A stretch of DNA of 59,511 bases, counting the filler, from Sphacelaria rigidula (taxonomy: Eukaryota): the NCBI GenBank assembly GCA_964200075.2. It is 5 parts of 5 records of this genome, joined end to end, with 100 filler letters (N's around TTAATTAATTAA, not from the genome) between each part and the next. Parts side by side here need not be neighbours in the genome. Positions count along the whole stretch, not along the records: positions 1 to 11,824 come from CAXNAA020004455.1; positions 11,925 to 23,746 come from CAXNAA020004456.1; 3 more parts are not named here. The stretch is one strand, 5' to 3'. This document shows positions 1 through 12,261 of this stretch, one piece after another (the stretch's first letter is position 1; every line of letters starts with the position of its first letter). The position numbers were made by a program, and so were the translations under genes. The notes below the pieces were generated by a model. It searched no databases and had not been told where the DNA came from. It worked only from the letters and a program-made list of their open reading frames with translations.

Positions 1-160
1 TTTCCATAAATAGCGTTGCGTCGGCGAGGTGGCTGGTTCCCGTACGGAACGTTCCCGAAGTGACAAATCGTTCACGAGAGGAGCCTTGGATTTTTGGACC
101 GCGCTGAACTCTAGATTGTCCGATACCTTCAACAGGTAAATTCGTCCGTCATCTGCGTAG

Positions 161-508
161 TGTTGTCGTCCCATCTATTCTGGATGCCGGTCTACATCTT
201 TCGGTATATGTGGGCGCGCCAGCCGGGGTCACAAAAGGAAGATCAACACCGTTTTTTTTGTTTTTTGTTTTTTTTTAGTACTGCACCGTCCTCCTGCGGT
301 GCCTCCCTTTATTTTTTATCGCGAGAGGGGTTCCGCACTCCCTTTTCCTCGTCGACCGTCAAGTCGAATTCCGGGTACCCACAGCGTAGTCGCTCTCCAC
401 TGTTGGGCATGGTGTGAGGAAAAATCCCAGATCGCTCCGAGATTTGAATCCACGACCCAACCGTCAAAAGGTTCCGAGGTTACCAACTAAGCCACCGGGG
501 CGATCGGC
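161..508 (-). mobile_element. tRNA-derived SINE, family A, copy 1
   Basis: Minus-strand head GCCGATCGCCCCGGTGGCTTAGTTGG (A box) and GGATTCAAATC (B box); ~350-bp body colinear with 20019-20375; ends in a GACGACAACA tail. Confidence 0.8.
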
Positions 509-841
509 TATAGTGAGTAAGTGTTGGTGTGCGTTCCGTACCAGCATCCAACATCCTTTAAGCTAGGTTGCCTAGCATTCCAATTTTCAAATTGGTTGTT
601 GTCTCAGGCTATTCCAGATTCGGCAGTGGATTTCTGTGACAGAAAAACAAGCAGAAATTTTCAAAAACTGCTAAAAACGTGACTCCATTATATGGAGTAC
701 AGGCTACTACACTGAACACAAGACAATACATCAGTTCTGCAGTGTTTTTTAGAACCTGAACACGTTCCCTTGTTGCAAAATTAGTAGTGTCCAGCTGCTG
801 CTGCTGCTGCTCTACTACTACGGATGAACACGCCCTCGAGG

Positions 842-1071
842 TAGGGCATGCCGCAGCGCGCACACCCACAACACAGCTCACACGCACACATAGACTGACG
901 AACCACCGCTAGCTAGCCGCAAAAGCAGCAGCAGCAGTACTGTAGTACGGAGACCGCCGCTGAACTTATCGCACGCGCTTCACGTGCCTAGCAGGCAACT
1001 GAATCATCACGTACTCTTGTGTGTTTGGATCAATTGTTGTGTGTTCGGATCAAATGTTTGTAGTGAAGATA
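842..1071. repeat. Left arm of a ~230-bp inverted repeat (partner 1467-1781)
   Basis: Reverse complement aligns to 1467-1781, e.g. CTTCACTACAAACATTTGATCCGAAC..CAAGAGTACGTGATG..GCGATAAGTTCA..GCGGCTAGCTAG..GGCATGCCCTA. Confidence 0.85.
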
Positions 1072-1466
1072 TATTTTATATTCCGGGTGTGTTCGCCGCT
1101 ATCTCTCTGTCCTTCGCCGCGTTCATTGTGCTGGTGTGTTGGTGGCCGGGAAAAATAAGCGCAGTCTTGAAAACCCTTTCGATGGCGACATCAGCGAACC
1201 ATCTGCTGTCGTCCTGATGGCAGAAGTTACTTGTGCTCACGGCACGGCTTTCAGAGCAGTTCATGCCAAGATCCCGCACAGTATTCAATATTGTCTGTAT
1301 AGCGCACGGTACTGTCTACTGTCTACTACTACTTTCTGTCTGCGGTTAGGGGCAATGCTACGCGGCACTCTCTATACTAAATACTAAAAACAATTGATCC
1401 AAGCAAAAAACAATTGATCTTGACACACTAGAGTGCGTACTTCAGTTGCCTGTATTGTCTCTGGAG

Positions 1467-1781
1467 TATACCTTCACTACAAACATTTGATCCGAACCCA
1501 CAACAATCGATCCAAACACACAAGAGTACGTGATGGTTCAGTCGCCTGCTAGGCGCGTGAAGCGTGTGCGATAAGTTCAACGGCAGTTTCGTTTCGGTCG
1601 CCAGCAAGGTAAGTGTTGGGTTGGGTTTCCTCCTTCCATCAAGGAAAAAACAAAACAAAACGGCAGTTTCCGTACTACAGTACTGCTGCTACTGTTGCTT
1701 TTGCGGCTAGCTAGTGGTGGTTCGTCATTGCATGTGTGCGTGTGAGCTGTGTTGTGGGTGTGCGTTCTGTGGCATGCCCTA
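1467..1781. repeat. Right arm of the inverted repeat; carries an 80-bp insertion
   Basis: Matches the reverse complement of 842-1071 apart from the insertion at 1591-1670. Confidence 0.85.
1579..1670 (+). mobile_element. 5'-truncated retroposed insertion with 12-bp TSD
   Basis: AACGGCAGTTTC at 1579-1590 and 1659-1670 flank 68 bp ending in an A-rich tail (GAAAAAACAAAACAA); the left arm shows the empty site. Confidence 0.8.
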
Positions 1782-2082
1782 TGTGCCTGCTTTGTTTCGG
1801 GTGGGTGGGTTCGAAAATGGTGTGCCGGCTCTGTTGTGCACGGGCGGATTCGAGAATGGTGTTGGTATGACCGGCGGGTCTGCACAAATTCGATGTGGGA
1901 CTAGTTCTAGACTGCTGGCAGGTTCTGTTTTTTGGCCAGCGCTGGCGTAAAAACGGCGGGTGCTCTTTTTGGGACAAAAGCGACGGAGAAGGGTCGAAAA
2001 GCACTTTTCAACAAATTGTATTCTTCTATAACAACTTTTCATATTTTGTATGCATTTGTTTTACTGTAACACTGTCGTATGG

Positions 2083-2137
2083 TTACAGCTTCACGTCGAT
2101 ATCCTACGCAGGGATATCAAAGGCTTCAGTGGCAAGT
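2083..2137 (-). repeat. Short copy of a dispersed repeat, probable LINE 3' end with stem-loop
   Basis: TTACAGCTTCACGTCGATATCCTACGCAGGGATATCAAAGGCTTCAGTGGCAAG matches 3534-3651 and 52681-52793. Confidence 0.65.
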
Positions 2138-2463
2138 TGAATGCATCCTATTCCGCGCGAGGTGAATTTGGAACATGCTGACTCTATGCAGACGAGAAAT
2201 TCGTAATACATGCTACGATGAGTGGTATTGTCACACCCATTATTGTAGTGTTTGTTGTATCTTTGAGTGTTCATGCGGTCGTGGAATTCACGACTCCAAA
2301 TCCACATGTGTTCCGCGACGTCACTCGTATCAGCCCTTTGACCGCCTGAGGAGGTGGCATACTTCCGTTCTGGGGCCTCCTTGTAGGAGCACAAGTGTCT
2401 GGGGCTTGCCGTGCAGCCCTAAACCTTTGAGGACCGGATTCCCAGACACTGGTGTTTGCACGC

Positions 2464-2539
2464 AGGGACGTTTTTGTGAATCGACATCAATTTTAATCCT
2501 TTTCAAATAATGATGATACCGATTCACAAAATGGTCCCT
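2464..2539. repeat. 76-bp hairpin or mini-MITE
   Basis: Arms AGGGACGTTTTTGTGAATCGACATCA and TGATACCGATTCACAAAATGGTCCCT, 22/26 complementary. Confidence 0.6.
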
Positions 2540-3132
2540 CCGACACCCCGAGTAGCCCCGATAACCGTTTTGGCTATAAAAAATGTACCCTTGTCGTAGT
2601 ATTACTCATGTGTTGAATCGGCGTCATTGACACAAGAAAAAATAGGCCACACGATGCCGATTGAATAGATCGCCAACCCTGGCAGCGGAGGGGTTAATCC
2701 CCGATACAAAGAAAATGGGTATGTCGCACAACGCAGCAGGCGAACACACGACACAGGGTTGGGCGGGAGTAAGCATTGATACACACCCAACGCTCACCGA
2801 GCGACTGCCAGTGGTTCGCCAAAAAGCCTTATTTTGTTTATTAACAGACCATCAGTCAATACGTCGTTTGACTTATTTACTTCAACCCTCCTTTGAACCA
2901 AAAACGAGTGGGATATTTATAATTGCCGTGCTTAGCTTTTGCAATATTCAGACATGCTAAAGAGTGTTCCATCCATCAGTAGAACGTAAACAAACGACGT
3001 CTTCCAATTATTGGTCGATAGCCGACTAAATGCTAGACACAACTGGCGAGAAAGTTGTCATATATCTTCATTCAGCACCATGTCAAATAAGACCCTCTAC
3101 GACCACCACCCACCCCATCTTGTAGACCACGT

Positions 3133-3389
3133 GAAGGGTGCTACGGTAGGGGTACACAAATATTTTCTGAGGTTAGAATAGGTAAGAGCCTCTTATTTCA
3201 TCCGAAACACGACTTATGAAAATATGCAAGAGCACGCCAGGATTACTATTCCAATGTGCTGGGGATATCCCGAATTAATCTGCAAACGGAGATGTCCTGA
3301 TCCACATTCTTGTGCGTCTAGAATTGTTAGGAGCCCCTGAACCAGACAAAATTTCGCGAAAAAAGTGCACCCCTACCGTAGCATTGCCC
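3133..3389 (+). mobile_element. 257-bp Sola2-like MITE, copy 1
   Basis: TIR core TGCTACGGTAGGGGT(G/A)CAC at both ends; 4-bp TSD ACGT (3129-3132 and 3390-3393); interior matches 27722-27964 and 57847-58103. Confidence 0.9.
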
Positions 3390-3533
3390 ACGTGGCCAAG
3401 ACTTATTAAGGACGGAAAACAGCATCAATAGAGTGTACTTTTGATAAGCCTGGGGAAGTGCGGAGGCGTACAGTACTCTGGTGCTAGTGGTGACATTTGG
3501 GTTCGCGGTTTTGACGTCAATAAATTACACATA

Positions 3534-3651
3534 TTACAGCTACACGTCGATATCCTACTGAGGGATATCAAGGGCCTCAGTGGCAAGCCACTACAGAAAG
3601 CATATCGGGCCTCGTGGAGGGGCATTAGTTTCGGAACTGAAGCGATTCATT
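3534..3651 (-). repeat. Probable LINE 3' end (hairpin GATATCCT-ACTG-AGGGATATC)
   Basis: Closely similar to 52681-52793 (AGAAAGCATATCGGGCCTCGTGGAGGGGCATT..TCGGAACTGA); three copies share one boundary and vary at the other. Confidence 0.65.
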
Positions 3652-5437
3652 CACTAACTGATCGCTTTTCACTCTCAATCGTATCCTCTACTCTTAATCT
3701 CACCAGAGCATTGTTGGAAGTGGATTTCACGATGATGATTGGGCTTCGTGGAGAACATTGCGCGATGGTACGATGGTGTGTACGTGTGTGCTGACTCAGG
3801 AATGTCGTAGCCGGGTCTTCAAGGTTGGCCTACAGTACTCGAATTCAGGGAAGCGTTGCTTCCTTCGGCGTGCGACCTCTCTCTACAGGAGGATTCGATG
3901 GCTACATATGTGAGACGACTATCTGTCCTCTCCGGGGGGAGTGCGGCTCATGCATAAAGAACCCTCCCTTGGAATGTTTCACACCCTCACGATGTTCCCT
4001 TGTGGGAGGCATATAGCCGATGCATAAAGGACCTCACCACGGAATGTTTACACCCTCACAATGTGGATCTCTTTCTTGGAAATGTTTCTTCAAAACTCGT
4101 GTACTTCGCGATTGCTGGGGACGGAGGCGGGCGACTATCTGAACAAGAGCCCCCCACCGCTCCTGCTCGCCTTCGGCTACATCACCCCGTCCACGCAAGT
4201 ATTTGCAGAGATACACAGCCCAACGTCCAGGTCAACTTTCGAACAATGTGTACGTGCATGTTTGTGGCATCCTTTGGGGTCAACACCTTTTTGGGTTAAG
4301 AACACAAAACAACATCGAGTGATCCTACCGCAGGTAAGGGGATGCTTGACCGAGCGGAAAAAGGGGCTCGTCGTGGGTGTATTGCACAGCTCAGACACTT
4401 CTTGCGGGCTTTTATGTAATCAAAGTGCCGTGAAGCTGTATGTACGCGTGCCTTATGTCGATACCAGGACCATGGAATTGAGATTGGCTGCTTGGATTGA
4501 CGCTTCGATATGGCCCCTTTATGAAATGTCCGGGCCTAAAATGTGCACAATTTTTTCTCGAATGTATAGGAACGCAAAATAGATGTTTCAGCAATGCCAG
4601 AAGGGAAGTTAGAGGAGGGGTCTTGACATTCACTTGTACCGTCCCCCCCTCTGCCCCCCCCCTGCCTGTGACGGTGTTGAAGGATTGTTCACTGAGTACA
4701 CCAGTCACACATTCAAGCACAACCTGTAGGCACGCCGTTATTCCCAGTCAGGATGGCGTTCTCAGTATGCTGCTCTGTACCCAGATTCCTAGATTGTGTA
4801 ACGTGTTCATTTACATTAAGGACAGCTACGCGTATCGAATCGAACTTTTCAGAACTACTTGATTGAGCCAATTTAACTGAAGTACGATTCGACGGGTATC
4901 GAAATCTTACCGAACGTTCAGCTGATCGCAACTTCTTGCTTAAGGCGGAGAGTCGCGAGCACATTTTTGTCTTCACGCCCGAGCGTTCAGTGATGAAGCC
5001 GTTCTCTGTTTCGTGCAACCCTGAGCAGAGTGGGTTGAATAACCACCCTCCGACGGAGGTCTGCACGAACTAGTGAATGTTATTTCAGCTCTAATTGCGC
5101 CGTTCATCTTCTTTCTCAGGTTCATCCGCAGCCTGGAAAACTTCCTGTATTGATGTCCGAGGAAGTTTAGCGCCGAGGATCGCTCTAGCTGACCCCTCAA
5201 AACTGAAGTATTTGGAATCGGTGCATTTCCCCCCCCCCTCCTTCGCCCGCTCACACGAGTCATTAATGCATTGATATCAACTGATAATTTCGGACAAACC
5301 AATATCATGTCTCCCGTCGAACCCCGTCACCCTTTCTCCCTCTCGCGCGCCCTCCTTCCCCTACCCACCAATCCTACCGCGACGACGCAAGGTGTGGCTA
5401 AACGCTCAATCCGGGCGGGAGGTTCCACGTGTTTTGC

Positions 5438-6024
5438 GACACTTTTTACGATAGCCCCCCCCCCCAAAAAGTGCCTGATTTAGGGGGTTGAAATGTTCAC
5501 GTAAATTGAAATGGAAGAAGCCGAGCACAACGAGCAGCTGAGAATACCCACGCTTGAGTTTGTTCCCGCCAATATCGCCCATATGAGGTGCTTCATGCAG
5601 CCTGAACCTATACATCGGGCGCTGTATGACCATGTTTTTCGTGACACTTTTGGGCTGCACACGCGGCGATTTGGCTACCTCCAAAATCCCTCCAGGTGGA
5701 TAAACGTTTCGCGCCTCTGGAGGAAATGAACGCCTTCGGAGGGATGCACGGCCCTCCAGACGAGATTTTTCGGTTTCCTCGAGAGGGTTCGAAAGCCTCC
5801 GGAGGCTTATTTTTGCCTCTGGAGGACCGCGCAGACCCCAAAATTCATCCGGGGAAGTGCGCGGCCCTCCAGGTCGGTAGTGTTTGGTTCCCTCCAGAGG
5901 GATTGAAGGCCTCCGGAGGCTTGTTTTGCCTCTGAAGGGCCGAGCATCCCTCCGGAGGCATTTTTGGAGGTAGCGAAAATGACCGCGTGTGTGGTTTTAG
6001 GGGAGGGCCATCGTAGAAAGTGTC
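5438..6024. mobile_element. MITE of the 4-bp-TSD clan, interrupted by a nested element
   Basis: TIR GACACTTT(T/C)TACGAT(A/G)GCCC; flanks TTGC/TTGT; interior 5500-5657 matches the reverse complement of ~36735-36900. Confidence 0.7.
5658..5991. mobile_element. CACTA/EnSpm-like non-autonomous element nested in the MITE
   Basis: TIR CACACGCGG..ATTT..GCTACCTCCAAAA; 2-bp TG duplication; many subterminal CCTCC(G/A)GAGG palindromes. Confidence 0.7.
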
Positions 6025-7913
6025 TTGTACCGGTGTCAGTAACTATTCCCAACGACGTTTCGCAAATAGGGCGTCGCTACCTGGTATTGACGGCCCGTGC
6101 CATCTTTGAAGGACAACAGCAAACCGTGGCGGTAGATTAGCCAATCCTTTTCGTCCTGGACAGCACCAACAAAAACGGGTAAAACATCACCACCGATTGT
6201 CAAGTTTGAAAACAACGGTGAATATTTTGTGGTGAGTCTTTTCTCCAGGGAAATATATTTGCGGGGGGGCACGGCAGCAAAACATAACGGTGCGCATACT
6301 AAACAAACATATGTGGACAACGCAGCAATCGTTCCTAACGGCGACAAGCACTGAACAAGTGTTCGAGTCGACTATTCACAGTGAGCACCACGCTGAGATA
6401 AACCGAGGTAGCGTTAACTCGAACCCGCTACAAGAGCAAACTGTGATTTGGTGTTGGCTACAGCCCTGTTGGCGCCGCATGCTCTTGCCACGTAGATATA
6501 TATACGGTATACAATTTCTCCTGCCTTGTAGTATCTATTCTTGAAAAGCACTCACGTTTGGATCACAAAATATCTACTAGTGAGATATGAGTCCACTACA
6601 GTGTTGGCCAACCCGTGAGATGGCCCGCGCATCCTGAAGTACAATATACACCAGCCTCCAAATGCTGCGCTGGCAAGACACAACAAAATGAACGTGGTAT
6701 CTGTGGCGTAAGAAACTCGACCTAGCGCTGGATCTGTCCCCATCATTTGGGCTGGGTCTAGTCCTTTACGACGAGTCTCACCGGATCCCCGTGAAAATGG
6801 ATTACGACCCAATTGATGGGAGCTTCTGCGAAATAGGTTCAAGCCCATCACGGTAAACTATACTATTTTTCCGGGTTATACCACGCAATCATTCCATCAC
6901 CTGTGCGACCTCGATGCGGCTGATTACCATTACCCTGCACCTGCGTGTTTAGCGGTACAGAAGATATGCAGCGTTTGAGTTCAGAAACAGTATGTAGACG
7001 AGAGAGGTATGCCAGCAGTTTGCTCAGCAGGAACCATTGCGTCGGCGTATCTTCCTGCAGCGGGGAATGGTGTGGAATACAAGCCACACGTCACATGGAC
7101 GAAGCGGTAGCAAAACCTCGGACGCTTGAATACCATCACATAAATAATGACACCCATTCATACAGTCCGTAGCATCAGTGTCGCCCATCTACTGTTGTAC
7201 GCCGCAGGAAATATGTATCACTCCGCCCTGTACCGCTGCCCAATGTGATACGTGGCAGAAATCAAGCAATGTCAAATGGATGCGCAATCCAATATTGTAC
7301 AAGATGACCGATCATCAGACTGCACATCATCCCAAACCCCAATACTTGTTAAACAAATCTGTCAAAAATTCTCGTCGCGATGAGCCGTCCAGCGCCGATT
7401 GATGAGAGAAACGATCTCGCCTCCGTCTTGTTTCAGCACTTGTTGGCAAGAATGACGGGGAGGATCACCTTGTATCTGGTAGCTGCGTCCATTCTAGCCC
7501 CCAAAATTTTGGATCTTCACGTGCGGCTCGAACCGCATACTCGGCCAAAGCAGGGCGGAAGCGTCTGGGAGTGAAGCTTCCGACAAATCCTCTTGGAATA
7601 TATCGCCCCAAGACCTTATCGTACGATTCCCACCTTTAACGAGAGACGTGCGAGACGTGTAAGCCGACCGGGGAAGCGCACCTGTCATGCGTCCGAATGG
7701 CATCGGTAGCTCTGTTGTTTTGTGGCGATGACTACTCTTCTGTAGGATTGTACATCCATTACTCCGATCACCCGCTTCCATGACATGCCGTTTCATTACG
7801 CGCCTTGGACAGAAACAGTGAACGGTGGCCCCACGCGGGGTCTGCGTACGAACGATACGTGACAGATACCGGTAAGCTACCACTAGGTAAGAATAGAGGA
7901 TCTCAAATGGTAC

Positions 7914-10900
7914 CTGACGAAGAAGGAGATGTGGTGGTCATTGGGAAATTGCCGAGAAACGAGCTGACCGAGTTGTACGCCGCTCGTCCCATCTGTATAG
8001 CATCGAGGAAATTACCAGGGTAAACTGTGCTGTCAACCACGTACATACAGAATATACTCGTACATGCTTAATGTTTGTACCATGTTGCCTACCAGCGATC
8101 CATTCCCCCCCCACCGTCAAACTTTGCAACTCTTTCCTTCCTCGCGATGAGTCCGGAGTGTCGAATGACTAATCTCTCCCGCGGGATACGCCCTACATTT
8201 GAGGATCGCGGATTGGATTATGACCATCAGCATTCCCGCATTACGTCAACTGTCGTCAAATATGTTTTTTTCGCTTCTCACGTCCTCATGTTTTCAACGA
8301 CGTAAATCAGGTGTAGTATCTGTCAGAGGGAACCCCTACACTCACATCTGCTTGGAGTTTGACCCGCAATCTGCCGCCCGGACTATTTGTATTCGTGCCG
8401 GTTAAACCACCCGGGCATGGCGGTAAGCATTGGAACCTAGTTACTACACAGTGGGACAACGAAAGTACACCGGGGGTGCTCGAGCTGTGGTACGGTACAT
8501 GCTACAGGAGGACCCATGCAACGTCAACGATGAGTGCTCCAAGTTCCGCTTTGAAACGAATATGCAAAGTGTGTGCTAAGGATTACTTCAGACACAACAC
8601 TACACCGAATACATGCTACAAAAGGAAGACATTTGAAAGGTCATACCATATAACACTCACGGGAAAAGTGACGCAAAAGAGCGTTGAAACAGAGCACGCA
8701 CGGATGTAATCCTGACAACAACTCGATTGGCGCCGAGTAGAACGCCTCTCGTGTGTCCTGCCGATAGGAGGAATACTTGCCCGTCGACCAGCCGTCGGTA
8801 GAAGGTCTGCGCTCATGGGTAGAGCCAACATGTACAGAGCCACGTACGCCCTTCGATGCCTTCGAAGAGTGCTCATGTTCTTCATGTGTTGGCGTCTTAC
8901 TAGTGGCGGCACTGGCAACCATATTCACCTGCCGCACAAAACCGGGCGACTTCTGGGTCAGGATTCGCTCGGTGGAGTTCGTTCGGTATTTGTTGTGCTT
9001 GTCTCTCAGGTCGACTACGAGTAGCTGGAGGACGAGATAGCGACTCTTGAGTGTGGTGAGCGTCGCGTAAGGAGCACATGGACGTGCAACATGGCAAACG
9101 GTCGAAAACGAGTAAATTCATGCGACCATAGGAACAAACTTTGTATGGCTTTATTTTCGTCACACTTTTTGATCCTTGCCTTTCTTCCCCCGAACGAGTC
9201 CACAGTCTCGAGAAATCGACCCCTCTCTCCCCTTGTACATGCCCGCGGTGGTGGTGTCACGAAGGGCGTTAGCAATCCCGAACCGCGTCGACTGTCGTGA
9301 AAAAATGTCTTTTACCACTCACGTCCTTACGTTTTCACCGTCGAAAATCAGATTCTTCTCAGAAACAATCGTATTCACGGGGATTTGAACCCTGAACAAC
9401 CCAGCTTAAAATGCAGTAATTGCACCACCAGGGTACAGCGGTATCCCTGCTTATCGTAAATACCGGCAACGTGGAACATTTGGTACCTGGTCACCGCCAC
9501 CCCATTCTGCTCCCGCCGCAGCTCTACTCTTAGGCTGGGTAGAAGATTGATCCGCGCGTGTACCGTCATAGTGGGGATTACTCTCGGGGTCAAGCACCTG
9601 CAGTTCTGACGGCATGTTCCATGCTTTCCGCTGAGCGAACCTTGTATGTTGACGCCCACCTCTACCTATTTTCACTGCGGCCATTACTGCGAGAGGAATT
9701 GATGCCTGAGGCAGCAACGGTGATCGTGACAAGGTGGCTGCGAGTTCGACTGAAGGCCGTCTGTTGATATGCGAGGTTACCGGCCTCTGATGCTCGTCTG
9801 TTGGTATCGGGTGCTGTCGACGACGACCGTGACTCGTTGAGGTTGATGGCCTGTGTTCGACGTGTGTCCATCTGCGAGCGCCATGGGATGGCTCAGGCCT
9901 CCCTTCAATAACACTGCACTGCGAAGGTGTTGACGTCACACTTCGACTTCTCGATGCCTTCGACCCGAGTTTTTGCACTGTATCCCCCTCTGCGTTGGAT
10001 GCTCCTCGAGATTGATGTTCGTCGGACGCCTTCGTGGAAATGCTCTCCGGGGAGACTGAACTCACCATTCCGGTGCAGCTGTTGCGAGCCCCGGCCTGAG
10101 GCTTGGCGATGACCACACCACCATCCTCTGGAAGTATGCCGTTCTTGCTTTCTTCGCTGCAATTGTTTGCATCAGGGATAACTGTAGAACTCGACCTCCT
10201 TCGACCTCTGCTAGTCGTTGGGGTGCTGTCGTGGTGACTCACACGTGCCGTGGTAGTTGTCGTGCGACCACCATCGCGCCCCCCGCCTGAAGAGCCATCG
10301 CAGATATGCAATTCAAGCAACTTCGATGAATCCGGGACAGGTACTATTCTACGTGCCCCTCACTGCCAAATGACACGATGGAAAATGGTCGACTCGCACG
10401 ACGACATTGTTTTCGCTCAGGCGACACTACGGCACATCGAGGTTGTTGTGTGGAAGTCTGTTTTGAGGAGGTTTTGTTTTGAGCAGTATACCTGCTTGTG
10501 CTGTGCCTCATTGTTTACTTTCGAGTTTCCTTGCTGCGCGGCGTTTCCTACTTTCTAATGTCACGCTGTAGCTCTGTTGGAGCGATCATTATAAATATAA
10601 GTACCGGTTTACATGTTATGTATACATGTTATTCGTTGATCGTTGCAGATGACGACGCGTTTATTGTGGGCAATGGTACAACACTACCAAGTAGTAATCG
10701 AAAGCTCGAAACCTGTGGCCATCCTGCGGCTTGAGCGCTTGAACCGTTCTTGTCCGCATACTATCTATCTAAACCCTACCCGTTTGAGACGTTGGTGCGC
10801 ATACAGCTTAGCTCACCTATTCCTTGCCGCTTCGCACGCCCATGACTGCGAGACACTCTAGTGTCCATAATTTCATCGCGTGCGTCCAACGACTGGTGCT

Positions 10901-11595
10901 TTTCTCGAGAATTTTTCTGCACCAAGACCCTGCGCTTGCAGGAGGTTTTGGAGCCACGCTCATGCCGCTCTAGACGTCCGTTCTTCACAGCAAATGGATC
11001 GACATCCGTATCTCTGAACCATACCGCGCAATACAGACGGGCCGCGAAGTGGATTGGGGGTTGATTCGGGGCGATTGCGGCTATTATTCTTGAAGTACTG
11101 AACCCACAATAACTTGAAATACTGGACTTGCACGCTGCGCTTTTCACGGAGTGTCCAACCGCGGTACACTGCACGCACCCAGTCCAGGTTCATAACACCA
11201 TGGCGTGTTGTCCATTATCATGTCCAGACAGATGTGTAAATACCAGTTATGTTGAGCGTTTCTTTGTTTTACAACACCTCTCACCGAAATCGCCGGATGA
11301 AGATAGGAGACCCCGGCACCAGCAGTGCGGCGGATCGCGGTGGTCTACCCTTTGCTAATCGTTGCCCCGATATGCTCAACAAGCGACTCGATGGTGGCCA
11401 TGACTTCGTTGCCGCTTCGGGGGGGAAAAAAGGGTCCCGGTGAACGTCTTCAGGGCCGTTCGAGCCTCGAGCAAATTGGGAATCATTTCCACCGACCTGC
11501 AGCGCAAGGACCAAGAGCTGTAGTAGTGATGGCGGTATCTCGTCGTGGCCATCGATCGACGTCGAACAATAAAAAGTGCCGCCGTTCTGGCTACT
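7914..11595 (-). CDS. Partial multi-exon gene, uncharacterised Ser/Arg-rich protein. Exons ~11595-11285, 11097-10817, 10343-9487, 8928-8781 (GC donor), 8024-7914; further 3' exons likely in 6580-7840 but unresolved
   Basis: Five open exons joined at phase-matched junctions (phases 2, 1, 0, 1), including the 289-aa ORF 9451-10320; no domain recognised; start of the first exon uncertain. Confidence 0.65.
8175..8416 (-). mobile_element. tRNA-derived SINE, family B (degenerate), intronic
   Basis: Body TCGCGGATTGGATTATGACCATCAG..CACGTCCTCATGTTTTCAACGAC..AAATCAG shared with the copies at 9225, 17618 and 36576. Confidence 0.6.
9225..9433 (-). mobile_element. tRNA-derived SINE, family B, intronic
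   Basis: B box GGGTTCAAATCCC on the minus strand; body CGCGTCGACTGTCGT..CTCACGTCCTTACG..AAATCAGATTCTTCTCAGAA. Confidence 0.65.
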
Positions 11596-11824
11596 GTGGC
11601 TAGTTTCTCAGACCAGATCACTCGTCCATTTTTCTTTTTTTCGCGAGATATGGTGCTGTTTTTACATGGGCCGTGCGAATACAACTAATCAACCAGTCGG
11701 TTTGGGTAAGAGTACCGTGCCATACTCCATAGGTTGCACACTGTGCTGCCGACTATAGTGTTACGCCGAGGGTTAGTGTCATGTTTCCCACCACCACCCC
11801 CAAAATGAAGACGCGACGGAGTCT

Positions 11825-11924
11825 NNNNNNNNNNNNNNNNNNNNNNNNNNNNNNNNNNNNNNNNNNNNTTAATTAATTAANNNNNNNNNNNNNNNNNNNN
11901 NNNNNNNNNNNNNNNNNNNNNNNN
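11825..11924. other. Artificial contig linker
   Basis: N44-TTAATTAATTAA-N44, stops in all six frames. Confidence 0.98.
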
Positions 11925-11926
11925 AA

Positions 11927-11928
11927 TG

Positions 11929-12017
<89 letters not shown>

Positions 12018-12088
12018 AAGAATAATAAGAAAAATAAGAATAATAATAGTAATAGTAATAAAAATAATAATAAGAAGAAGAATAATAA

Positions 12089-12119
<31 letters not shown>

Positions 12120-12156
12120 AAGAAGAAGAAGAAGAAGAAGAAGAAATAATAATAAC

Positions 12157-12216
<60 letters not shown>
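11927..12216. repeat. (AAT)n/(AAG)n compound microsatellite at a contig end
   Basis: Directly visible. Confidence 0.97.
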
Positions 12217-12218
<2 letters not shown>

Positions 12219-12261
12219 TGAATTCTGTCTCAGCTCAATCCCCGCGAAAACGTCGGTGAAC

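Noticed and set aside
430-508. Functional tRNA genes at SINE heads (also 9385-9433 and 20019-20095)
   Set aside because: Only A/B boxes are seen, embedded in repeated bodies; no convincing cloverleaf.
3600-3630. HDV-like ribozyme (CCCTCCACGAGG on the minus strand)
   Set aside because: No P1 or P2 partner strands found.
3825-5170. Plus-strand gene ending ..PVLMSEEV*
   Set aside because: Some exon-like pieces, but no consistent chain or recognisable domain.
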